A DNA stretch of 46,056 nucleotides, the filler included, from Catajapyx aquilonaris (taxonomy: Eukaryota), in the NCBI GenBank assembly GCA_000934665.2. It is 2 parts of 2 records of this genome, joined end to end, with 100 filler letters (N's around TTAATTAATTAA, not from the genome) between each part and the next. Parts side by side here need not be neighbours in the genome. Positions count along the whole stretch, not along the records: positions 1 to 22,951 come from JYFJ02005787.1; 1 more part is not named here. One strand, given 5' to 3'. Made by a program: the position numbers and the translations under genes. Positions 11,347-22,126 of the stretch are shown here, piece by piece (position 1 is the first letter of the stretch; every line of letters starts with the position of its first letter). Under the pieces are notes generated by a model, which did no database searches, was not told the DNA's origin, and saw only the letters and a list, made by a program, of their open reading frames with translations.

Positions 11347-13099
11347 AGATAGTTGGGACTTTCCACCCTTCAAGATACGTACACGTCTGGTATACTTGCA
11401 AACGCGGCTCGCAATTCGCTACTTCGATACTCGTGTCTCCGACTCACGTCAGCCAATTGGAGCTTTTATTATAAAGAGTTAGCATAAACCCAAGAGCGGA
11501 AAGTCTTCAATAAAATGCGCAAATATACCGTCACAGCCTATACACCGATCCCCGGTCCACAATTTTCATCAAACCAGTGACCATCTGCCCCTTTTTCCTT
11601 GCTCCACGCCCAAATCGGATGACTGAAGCTATACACGCTCACTCAACCACAACAATAGCCTTCCTGTCCAAACGTTAAAAAAAAAAACTTTTTTTATACC
11701 CCAATAGGGAGAAAGCTCAGTTTCACTACTTTTTTTCTCGTTCAAATAGGACAAATCGAAAAGGATCACCACCAAACACGCAATGGGTCAGAGTCCATCT
11801 GATGCTTGAGTCCACATGCGTCATCTTCAGTGAGAATATCTCATGTTTCCGGATTCCACCTCGAATAATTTGTACCCTTCCGTTTGGCACGCAACGTTCT
11901 CGTCCGTCGCATGGTCTCATTGCGCAAGAAGGGAGTGGGCGAATTGAATGCCGGCAGGTATTAGCAACCTGCACGTGGAAGAAGGGTCCGGGTGGGCATC
12001 TTTTTTTCCAGGTCAAACTTTTACTTCCGTGACCTTCGATTAGCAAGTGGTGGTTGAGCATTTCGGCAATTGCGTTTTTTGGATTCACGGCACAGTGCCA
12101 CTGATGCAAGTTTCTCATGAGTGCTCGTGTGACAAGTGCCACGGGCGGTTCTCGTGCGTTGAAACATTTTCTCCAAGAACGTGACATTGACCGTGAATGC
12201 GGAGACAAGCCAGCGGATAGAGAGATAAGAGGTTTAAACGCTGTGGATATTTTTGCAGTAAGTGGGGAAAAAAACGCAGCAAGCCACAATTGATAACTGA
12301 ATGCATATCTACAATTTCTGTATTAACCTAAGACGGCCTCATCATAAAAAATTAAAAATAGTTTATCATGACTTTTTCCCTCGCGTGTCCTGCTCAATTT
12401 TGATGACGCACATTGTTACTCAACATTAAAATCAGACAACGAAATGACACATTACTGAACCTCCAAGAAAATACTGACAATGTCAAATGCCCGCGTTAAA
12501 AGTGGATTTTTGGCTTATGTCCTTATAAAAATAACTGAGAGAAAAACGTAATATCTGACCTTGCACACTGCTTAGAGATCCGTGGAGGCAGAGAGGAGCA
12601 CAAGCGGCCTGTACACGAGTTGCCAGGCAAATGAAGAGAGCGCGGCAGGGGAAAATGTGGGACGAAGCGGATACGGTTCCCTGACCCACTTCATCCTCTT
12701 TCAATTTCTTGCGTCTTTCTTAGTGAGGGAAGGGTTAAACACTCTCGTGTCATCGGTGGAATTCGTACTGGCATATTGATGTCACGATATATGGTATAGG
12801 CCATATTAAAGGAGCGGAATCTGGAAGCACATTTTAATATTTCTCAGATATATCGCTCTTGGAGAAGACAATAATTGGGGCTGAATTCATAAATGTTTTT
12901 AAAATTTGCTATACATTAAAAATAATTTGATGTCACTGAAACACAATTTTCCCCCCATCCTCCGATTCATAGATGCTTAGCACCAATATTAAGGCCATTA
13001 TAGCCTACATAAAATGGATTTTTCGAGCTGATCGAGATAATTCCCATTTCGTACATACAGAGTCGCAGCTATAGTTCAACCCGCGGTGTTGTGTGGTTA

Positions 13100-13260
13100 T
13101 GTTGGACCCGGAAATGTGATGTGTGTTGGTAGCATATTGTTGCTTATGGAGTTGTTATGGTTTTGGGGATGCATGTTGTTGAGCTGGGGTGAGAACATCT
13201 GGGAGGAGTGACTGAGAGAGGATCACAGACAAATAACGCAGAAAATCCTGGGAGAATCTG
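13100..13260 (+). promoter_or_regulatory. Candidate promoter and 5' UTR exon of the ssSPT gene
   Basis: ETS-like CCGGAAAT at 13108-13115, a strong donor CTG|GTAAGT at 13260/13261, and a matching acceptor tttgctttattgttgcAG at 13618 just before the start-codon exon. A TATAAAAG at 13519-13526 could mark an alternative start. Confidence 0.5.
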
Positions 13261-13637
13261 GTAAGTATTGGCAGGTATTGGACATCTTGCACATACTACT
13301 CAAAGTGGCCAATAGGTGGAGGGATATAACCGTCTCTGTCCAGAGTGGCCACTAGATGTCACGACGTGCCACTCGTCGCTGGCTGGCTGGCTAGTTAAGT
13401 GCATTAGTGCAAAAAATATATAGAACTACTTACTACTAATCTTTAGATGAGTGGACCTGATTCAATCTAAGTGCTTCACAATCACGGGCTCGCCTAAATC
13501 TCATATCCGTGGAGGGCCTATAAAAGAAAGCAGCAAGTAAGCGAAACCACTACCGGCTACATCGAAACTCAAGTTTTTGATATTGTTCTGTTAATACAAG
13601 TTTGCTTTATTGTTGCAGTAACAAGCATTTGCTCAAG

Positions 13638-13737
13638 ATGTTTGACGGAATCAAGTCATACATCCAGACGCTGCATTTCCAGTACGAGTTAATCACTGCC
13701 CTGTACATGCTGGAGCCATGGGAGAAGCGGTTTTTCA
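13638..13737 (+). CDS. SPTSSA: Serine palmitoyltransferase small subunit (ssSPT), first coding exon: MFDGIKSYIQTLHFQYELITALYMLEPWEKRFF
   Basis: Family signature QY.L.TALYMLEPWE; ATG context caagATG; ends at a U12-type donor A|GTATCCTTT (phase 1). Confidence 0.93.
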
Positions 13738-14071
13738 GTATCCTTTGTGTTGATGGTTGGTGACACATCGTAAAAGTATATTTCCATTTTGGACAGTTCT
13801 AGTGCAATCACAGAGGAAGGAAATAGTTTTGGAACATGTCTGCGAAGTTGGGGCAAAGAATGGTGACGAGCAACCGGATAATTATCAGATACTCCACCTT
13901 GTGTTAAAAGTACTTGGGACTTCTTCCTGCCAGATGTAAGGTACCTGGATATAATTGAGAAGCATTTTACACAAAGATGTTGGACTACTAGTGTACAGGG
14001 ATATTCAAAATGTATGGTGTGGAAGTAACATTGAATTATTCATTTTGTAATGTAACATACAGCAACATTCA

Positions 14072-14810
14072 GGGGAGGTGTAGATGGCCGAGATGGTAAG
14101 GTCTCGGCTTGCTGAGTGAAAGGCCCCAGGTTCGATCCCCGCCTGGGGAACTTCCTTTCACCTGCATCAGGAGGGTCTCTGACCCGCACCTTAGAGGTGT
14201 CTGGCGACCTAACCTCCTGGGAACAGCACATGACCCCTTTACCGACATTGCACTTGCACCTATGTTCCCTCCCCAACATGGTCTTAGAATACTAAGGTCT
14301 GGACACTCCCTCTTATCGCCTGCCAGGGCGTTTTGCACGAGGTGCTCACTTGAGAGCACCATGAGACCGCTTTTTCTGCTCTATTATGTGGTGACCCTAC
14401 CGGACTACGCTGAACTAAGGTAGAAGAGAAGCCACTACATGCAGGTCCAACATGGCCGCCAGTGACCATGTTGGGTCCCCCAATGTAGCGCTTCCCTTTT
14501 GTACCTATAAAGTTCAGCGTAGTCCGGTAGGGTCGCCACATAATAGAACAGGGAAAGGTCTCATGGCACTCTCAGGTGAGCACCTCATGCAAAACGGCCC
14601 GGCAGGCAATAAGACAAGATTGTACACAAGGGGTAGTGTCCGGGGGCTGCTCCCCAAAAATCCCTATCCCTACCCCACATCCTTGACTCCTTGCACTGGA
14701 GAATGAAGTTAATATAGAAAAATGGAGTGAAATGATGGTATTCCGCCCCCCTGAAAAGGCCCAGATGGCCTAGTAACTGGGGTAAACAGCAAAAAAACAA
14801 AACAAAAAAA
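14072..14810 (+). mobile_element. Full-length tRNA-derived SINE interrupted by a MITE
   Basis: A-box TGGCCGAGATGG, B-box GGTTCGATCC, A-rich tail, and exact 13-bp TSD ACAGCAACATTCA at 14059-14071 and 14811-14823. Confidence 0.88.
14277..14614. mobile_element. Foldback MITE of the 'CATGG-terminus' family
   Basis: About 140-bp inverted arms around CAACATGG...CCATGTTG. Related copies at 34945-35296 and 44059-44247, and a terminus at 43340-43400. Confidence 0.8.
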
Positions 14811-14841
14811 ACAGCAACATTCAATGCATGAAAAGAAAGAG

Positions 14842-15534
14842 AATCTATCAAAGTTTTACACCCACCTTACTAATGTTCATTGTGGGCACCTTTTTTGACA
14901 TGGCAGATGTCAAGACGATAATCCATGTATTTCCAGATGTGTCTTAGCATATCCTTGGACCAGCTCCCTGACACATCCAGTCTATCCCTGTGTTGACTGT
15001 TGTTTAATATAAAAGTCTCCGCCAAGTGGGGAATTTGGCACTGGTGCACCTCCACAGGAATCTACTGGGGGGTCGGTTCGGGTTGGCGGCCTTCGGAACC
15101 AACCCAAACCGTCCTTTCCTCGGAGGGCGTTTGCAGACTAGGATTCGGGTGGCTGGCAGCGGTAGATGCCTGTGGGGGCACGCCAGTGCCAAATTCCCCG
15201 CATGGCGGAGACTTTTTTATTAAACTACCGTATCATAATTTGTGTCAGGGGGCTGCCTTGGACAGTGATTCAGCAGCAATGGAGGGGTGCTGTTTGAGGT
15301 CTTCCTGGTTCTCTTGCCTGCTTGACAGTGCCGGTGGACAATGTCCATCTAACCTCACTGCCAAATAACCTGGATGACCTGAAACAGCACCTTTCCAATG
15401 CTGCCGAAATGCTGTCCAAGGATATGATAGAACACATTTGGAAATATACATGGATTATCGTCTTGACATCTGCCATGTCACAAAAGGTGCCCACACCAGA
15501 CATTTGTAAGGTGGGTGTAAAACTTGGAGAGATT
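14842..15534. mobile_element. Tc1/mariner (DUF4817-type) derived foldback with two inverted transposase 3' ends
   Basis: Plus arm encodes LPNNLDDLKQHLSNAAEMLSKDMIEHIW / MDYRLDICHVTKGAH. Minus arm encodes EDLKQHPSIAAESLSK...DMLRHIWKYMDYRLDICHVKKGAHNEH*. Confidence 0.8.
14961..15255. mobile_element. hAT-type MITE containing an internal hairpin of about 220 bp (15003-15223)
   Basis: TIR CAGCTCCCTGACACA / TGTGTCAGGGGGCTG; exact 8-bp TSD CCTTGGAC at 14953-14960 and 15256-15263. Confidence 0.82.
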
Positions 15535-15539
15535 GGATT

Positions 15540-15643
15540 GAATTTGCATCCCACTGCCAGTTACTGCTAACTTAGCAGTACCTGTGTTGGGGATCGTTAC
15601 TGCTAAGCTAGTAGTAACTAGCAGTAGGACAAAAATTCCGCCC
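15540..15643. mobile_element. Hairpin MITE of about 105 bp (second copy at 20781-21170, split by a SINE)
   Basis: TCCCACTGC(C/T)AGTTACTGCTAACTTAGCAGTAC and its inverse; two copies in the window. Confidence 0.65.
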
Positions 15644-15659
15644 ATTCTCTTTCTTTTAA

Positions 15660-16093
15660 AGGGACACTCCACTCAAAATACAAGTTGGCCCCAAAAATCG
15701 GGCAAAAAATCCTGATTCCGAATGTGCAATCGGTTTTTTTCTACGCCCAACGGTAACACGGAAAATCATATATCTACACACGTCGTCCAGCGTCGTCTGC
15801 TAAGAAGGGCGATTCAACACCATCCCGCCGCAAACCGGAGAAGTATAACGCGCACAGTAAACACCTGCCGCGCCAGGCGTGCCCATGGAGTGCCTGGTCT
15901 AGTTCCGCCCGGTTCCACTCTGGTGGCGTTGCCACCTGCGCCCACCGCCCCGCGCGCGGTTTTCGAACGACACACTTCCAGCTTTCACGCTGGCCTTACC
16001 GTTCGTCTCTAAGAAAAACTGCTTATATCCTCGGAATCCGGATTTTTTGCCCGATTTTTAGAACCCAACTTGTATTTTGAGTGGAGTGTCCCT
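15660..16093. mobile_element. TTAA-specific MITE, Kolobok-like
   Basis: TTAA|AGGGACACTCCACTCAAAATACAAGTTGG ... CCAACTTGTATTTTGAGTGGAGTGTCCCT|TTAA. Purine-purine termini with a TTAA TSD fit Kolobok. Confidence 0.8.
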
Positions 16094-16122
16094 TTAACAT
16101 ACCATATTATTGAGTATTGCTA

Positions 16123-18181
16123 TACTATTAACCTCAAAAGTAATGTCGCGACTGTTTATGTGCTTTTGTGTTTATGTGTTGGTAATCCTGGGCGCTGCCA
16201 GGTTACGGATATGTTTATTTGGCGATGTTCCGGAATCAACAATACTCTGTTCGCCGGTCACGGGCGCGGTCCCGCAAGTGGCCACACGGTCTGGGTCACT
16301 GTTTGAGAGCCTCGCTACTTATTCGTGCAACTTATTTCTAGTTTAGGTAATTCCATGTGAGATCATACAACTATGTTCACCTGACATTTGTTTTTTTAGA
16401 CAATCAAAATTTGGCACTTAAGATCATATTTTGTCAAGGTCACAGGGACATATTTTTCAAACCAGATAACCGCTCTAGGTCACGAGTAATGACGAGGTCA
16501 AAAATGGGAACTTTTCCATTCTGATGTTTACAATAACCCGATAATTTCTCTAATTATGCGTCCCACGTACATGCAAAATGGAGCTTTAGATTCTACACAA
16601 GGTAACGCCGAACCTACAGATAACCTCCAAAAAATTCTACGATTAAAATTACGTGTCATTTTGGCAGTTCATATCCCTTCAGTGGTGCAAGTTTCATTTT
16701 TGCTCTGGTATTAGGGTCTGAGATATAAAATACAGGAAATAAGGAGGCCGGATGTGCCTCTTTTGCCCTTTTGCGCAATATTACGAAGTTGCTTGACCCT
16801 TGATGTGACGACCCGCACCGAGTCGAATTTTACGAAAATTTTTGTGAGTAATCTGCTACTCATAACCTTTCCGTAGTATGCATTTCCATTGTTGTCACAC
16901 ACACCTCGGAGCTCGAGCTGAGAGGTAGATCTTGTTGTCTGCTCCTGCTATGCCTACATATTTAACCGAGAGTGTGCCCCATTTTCTTTTTTTGCCTGGT
17001 TTTTCACTTGGTAAAAACACCCTGGACAGTGGCTGGAAGAGGCTTGAAAGACGAAATACTAGACAAGTTGCAGGCCACCAAACGGTACGTATTCTACAAA
17101 GAGATCAAGCACGATTTCGCAACGGAGAACTATTTCAGTATGGACCTCCCACTGTCCCATGTCAGATTAATGATAACCCTAAGAAACTACCCGACATATC
17201 TCGGATTACGTGATCAGTTAATTATCAAAATTAAACCGGATGAAATATGCGACTGGTGCAACTGGAAAGTAAATCAATCATTATTCCATATTATTTACGA
17301 ATGTTTTCTCTTTAATACGCCTAGACACAGATTTCTACAGGATATACCACACTACCCACAGGATAGTATGTTAAATTTGTTTGTGAATACACATAAGAGT
17401 GATATCTATAAGTTTTTTTCATTTTTTTTGAACACTACAAAAATTCTGCAGTTATGTGAATATTGAAAGAACATGTTTAAACTATAACATCAGAGCGGAC
17501 AAAAGATAGGGACGATACATAAGTGTAAGGGGTCAGGAGTGTTGTGTCCCCCAAAGCGAGCCCCCGGCTCGAGCACGGGGTAGAAAAATAAAAATAAAAT
17601 AAAAATAAAATTTCCATTGTTGTGTTCGTAAAATTAGGGTCCGAGATATAAAAGAAATAATTTTTTGGTGGTTATCTGTGGGTTCGGCGTTACCTTGTAA
17701 AATATTAAGCCCCATTTTGCATGCACGTGGGACGCATAATTAAAGAAATTATCGGGTTATTGTAAACATCAGAATGGAAAAGTTCCCATTTTTGACTTCG
17801 TCATTACTCGTGACCAGTAGCGGTTATCTGGTTTGAAAAATATGCCCCTGTGACATTGACAAAATACTATCCTAAGTGCCAAATTTAGATTTGCTAAAAA
17901 AATATCGGGTGAACATAGTTTATGATCTCACATGGAATTACCCAAACTAGAAATAAGTTTCACGAATAAGTAGCGGCGCTCTCAAACAGCGACCCAGACT
18001 GTGCGGCCACTTGCGGGACCGTGTGGCCAAGGGACCGCGGCTGTGACCGGTGAGCAGAGTGTTGTGGATTCCGGACCATCGCCAAATAAACATATCCGTA
18101 ACCTGGCAGCGCCCAGGATTACCAACACATAAACACAAAAGCACATAAACAGTCGCGACATTACTTTTGCGGTTAATAGTA
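16123..18181. mobile_element. 2.06-kb foldback element with inverted arms of about 510 bp
   Basis: 16123-16636 is a close reverse complement of 17659-18181. A LINE fragment is inserted in the spacer. Confidence 0.88.
16896..17609 (+). mobile_element. 5'-truncated LINE (RTE-X-like C-terminus with CCHC knuckle)
   Basis: ORF ending at 17466 contains CDWCNWKVNQSLFHIIYEC; (AAAAT)n tail; exact 14-bp TSD ATTTCCATTGTTGT at 16882-16895 and 17610-17623. Clade assignment is by recalled motif. Confidence 0.88.
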
Positions 18182-18644
18182 CACCAATTACAGAACAAAT
18201 AATTCAATTTTATTTTTGCACCATCCATTTTGAATGACCCTGTATATCACTCTTCAAATATTATATGCTATATTTTGAAATGCATGTATGTCTAATACCT
18301 ATGACAGCCTCCAATGGCAGAGGATTCTGCGGCAGGGAGAAGTTACACTAGCAAAGGATCCCCTGATTTTAATATTTTGTTGATAAATGTCAGGTCGGAA
18401 ATGGTATCCAAAACATGAGTGGGTTTTTCATCCTCCTGCTAACTCTCTGTTAGTTCAGAATTCCTCACAAGATTTTTTATGGATTACCATGGTTAGTAGC
18501 TGTTGACAGAGGTATTGCTAACAAGCAGCAAGGTAACTGAACCCGTGTTTTGAGTGGAAATAATTTCAAATATAATTATTATGCAGTAGTTCATACATAA
18601 ATATTCAGAATCATCAGTTGATAAGACCTTGACCACTTACACAG

Positions 18645-18769
18645 ACTCGATGTTGATGTTACTTCTGGCAACCACCTCATACTCCACTGTTGCTTACCTG
18701 CCTCACTATACCATGACCATGCTAGCATACTTTGGCATTGTTGAACTGGATGAAGAAGTGGAGCTATGA
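18645..18769 (+). CDS. SPTSSA: ssSPT, second coding exon: (N)SMLMLLLATTSYSTVAYLPHYTMTMLAYFGIVELDEEVEL*
   Basis: Aligns without gaps to the human ssSPTa C-terminal half as I recall it (NSMLVSIVGMALYTGYVFMPQHIMAILHYFEIVQ). TGA at 18767-18769; total protein 74 aa. Confidence 0.93.
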
Positions 18770-19866
18770 TCTCATACAGTATGTGGCAGTAATGCTCAAC
18801 TGGGCCACAACTACAAGCTGTTTGCAACCATCTAACTAAGATTATGTGACCCAACCTAGTCTCCAGTTACACCTGGAGTTGGGAGTCATGTTCCTTCAGT
18901 GTGCCTACTATTTTCAAATGTTATCTTGGCTTGTGGCTAGCAGATATTTATACAGTATATTTATATATTTTTTGCTCTCTGTTACATGTCTGATATTGAC
19001 TAGGTGAAATTGACATTATCTATGTTCAAATAGTTTTGTGTCATCCTTCCCATTAGGTTCTTTAGGGCCACTGTCATAAAAATTAAAAATCTAAGTGCAT
19101 GATTAAAGCAATGATGAAAGTCCGCGTGTGTTAAAATTCTTCAAGTTGAAGATGTGAATTTTTAAGGTTTGAAACTGGCTGATGATCACAGGACAATGGG
19201 TGATGTCATGAGTAACTGCCATCAACAATGGAGCCATTTCCATGTATTTGTGGCTGTTTTTGCTGTCACAGCCATGTCTGATGCTGTTTTTCTGTTTGAT
19301 GTGACTGTATCCTAAGGGCTTTCTTGCTTTCTGTAGCATTTCCATGATTGTGGAACTCAAAGAAGAGTGTCGAATGCTAAATCAATTGTGTTGCAAGTGC
19401 AGTATATTATTAGGGTTGACCTATGGTCCAAAATAATAGTGAGACATTGCTTCAGAGCTGGAATGAAGCACAGTGGACATCCAAAATGCCCCTGCAGTGA
19501 TTTGCTGCAAAAATCCACCCACTTTCATTATGTTTACTGTGCTTTCATTGTTGACCAGGTTAATGATGACATCATGAGTGACAGTTGAGGGAGACCTGGG
19601 TGGAGTAGGCAAGGGGTGCCATTGCTTCGCTTTTTCCTGCAATTTAACCAGGTTAAGGGCATTTCTATTGCAATAAGTTACTTTTTGAATACTACAGACC
19701 CATGAAAACACATTCCACATGTGAACTTGGAGACAACAATTCTTTAAGATGTAGCTCACATTCCAGTTCAAAAACATTACCCTGACATAGAGGACAGAGT
19801 TTAAGATCAGTGGGACAGGCTTACTACAACCCATATCACATTGATACTGTGCTTTTCTTTTCATTA

Positions 19867-20461
19867 TGAGGGCAAATCAAAAAGTATTTGACGACTTTTT
19901 AAATTCCGAAGGTTCACTACAGAAACCCAAACTGACATACTTATATGAAAGGTCAAGCCTTTTTCTACTTTTTGGATGCAGTCACCATACACAATGATAC
20001 ACTTATCCCACGGGAACACTAGTTTTATCATACCGCTGCAGAAAAAAGCATTAGGCTGGTTGTGAAGCCAATGGTGCATGGCCTGTTTCACTTCCTCTTT
20101 GTTGCTGAAGTGTTGACTGGCCAAGTGCTTCTTTCAAACCATACTCACTTGCTAACTCTTTCTTGACTACCATCTCTTCGGACCAATGAATGAGTACATG
20201 GCTGGTAAATACTTCAGCAACAATGAGGAATGAAACAGGCCATTTGCCACTGGCTTTGCAGCCACCCTGATGCTATTTTCTGCAGTGGGATGATAAAACT
20301 AGTGTTCCAGTGGGATAAGTGTATCAATGTGTATAGTTACTATATCGAAAACTAGAGAAACACTTGCTCTTTCATACTGTATAATATGAATGTCACTGTG
20401 AATTTCTGTAGTCCAGCTTCAGAATTTAAAAAGTTGTCAAGCATTTTTTGATTCGCCCTCA
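19867..20461. mobile_element. mariner-derived foldback MITE with both arms from the transposase 3' end
   Basis: TA|TGAGGGC...GCCCTCA|TA. Minus arm reads HFSNKEEVKQAMHHWLHNQPNAFFCSGMIKLVFPWDKCI; plus arm reads DYHLFGPMNEYMAGKYFSNNEE...WDKCINV. Arms about 250 bp. Confidence 0.88.
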
Positions 20462-20813
20462 TACTATATTTCCACAGACCTGGCTTACTCCTAAGTCCTA
20501 CTCCTAACTCCAGCTTAATAACTGCCATGGAAACTACTACACTGTACTTCCGATATCCGGCCTAATGACTACACGGGTGTTGCCAGATAATCGGAAAACA
20601 CGGATAATCGGAAAATGGCCCTAGACATCGTAAAAAATGAGCTATTCACAGGTTTTTAATGAACTACCGTACAAAGTGTATGCTGCTTGGTTGAATCAAA
20701 ATAATAAAACTTACCATAGATTTTTACCTTGTCTTCTAGAAAAAGGCTGTTATATTTCTTCGTTGGCGAGACATTGACAGTGGGTGGAATTTTCGTCCCA
20801 CTGCTAGTTACTG

Positions 20814-21091
20814 ATTTTTTTTTTTTTTTTTTTTTTTTGTTACCCCGTGATAGAGCTCGTGGCCCTCTTAGGGGGGAANGAGGGCGCCGTGCGATAGCCA
20901 TTTCTGACATTCTTTAACACCAGGCCTTTTCTCCTGGCCCCGAGCAGAGAAGGGAGTGCAATTCTGCTCCGGCATGTCGGGTGAAAAGCGGAAAAAGACC
21001 CGGCCAAGCAGAGGTGACGGGGACGGGATTTGAACCCCGGCCTCCCGCTTGGCTAGCCAGCGGCGTAACCGCTAGACCACCATGCCGCCCC
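20814..21091 (-). mobile_element. tRNA-derived SINE with long poly(A) tail
   Basis: Minus strand shows A-box TGGTCTAGCGG, B-box GGTTCAAATCC and poly(A). 8-bp TSD AGTTACTG at 20806-20813 and 21092-21099. Same family as 41547-41832. Confidence 0.88.
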
Positions 21092-22126
21092 AGTTACTGC
21101 TAACTTAGCAGTACCGGTGTTGGCACTGGTACTGCTGAGTTAGCAGTATCTAGCAGTGGGACAAAAATTCGACACATTTTTTTGGACTTGAATTTAAAAA
21201 TTATTTTTTTGCGATTCATGGATAATTGGGCATACAGTGTATGTCTGAAGTGGTTCAAACTATAGTGAATTAGTAGCTGGAGTTGGAATATGCACCTGTA
21301 GTGAGGAAAAAGTCAGCTGGGGTACCTCATTGTAAAATCTCCAGGCCAGTTTTGGTGACTGAGTTTGCCCCAGGTGCAACTTTTTATCCCTTTTTGATCA
21401 GGAGTGTCCCCAATACCAATGTAATTCTCTGTACTGCTTCTTTTCTTAATCCTATCAACTGGCTCAAATACTCTCTCTTCAACATTTTTGATGTTAAATT
21501 TAGATTTCTTACTGTTGATTACCTACATTTGCATACATAATATCACCAGTGTTTATATAAGAACTTTCTCTTGCTTACTTTTATGTAATATTCCTCATAA
21601 TTTTTAAACTGTCTGGGAGAAATTTTCAATGCATAGGTAGGGTTTGGACAGTGTGGAATTCAAAAATACTGTCCAAAATGGAGGAGTGTGATTGGAGGGG
21701 ATGGTGGGATTCGACTGAAAAGATAGTATAGCAGGGATGACAGAGGCACCAGGGATGAGTGAAGGTCAGGAAAGGAAAACTGGTCCAAGTTACTTTTGTA
21801 CCATGGAAACACATTTTTGGAACTATGGAACTACTAACTTGTAGGAGTGAGGAATTTAGGGAGGTCTATGGAAATGTAGTACAGTCGACTCCTGATATAA
21901 GCAATTTTTGGTGGCAGCCAACTCAAAAGGGTGGTCTAGGTTTGCTTCCATAGGCATGTGTACTTTTACTCTGGATATAGCAGACTAATATTTCATGGTA
22001 CCTCGGTTATAGCCAACCATTTCATGGCCCCTTGATGGGAAAATATGCTGCCTTTGATTACTCGGACGCTTCAAAAAGCTAATAGTATACTCCAGCTCAT
22101 CAAAAGAATAAGTAAAAAGGTATATA

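Larger units (their letters stand above)
13738..18644 (+). other. U12-type (minor spliceosome) GT-AG intron, 4,907 nt
   Basis: 5' site GTATCCTTT; branch site ACCTTGAC at 18626-18633 with the branch A 12 nt before the 3' end of the terminal CAG; no polypyrimidine tract. Splicing restores the conserved FN-SML junction. Confidence 0.92.

Noticed and set aside
11726..12289. 187-aa minus-strand ORF between the two genes
   Set aside because: Non-ATG start, no recognisable domain and no convincing splice context; probably repeat-derived or chance.
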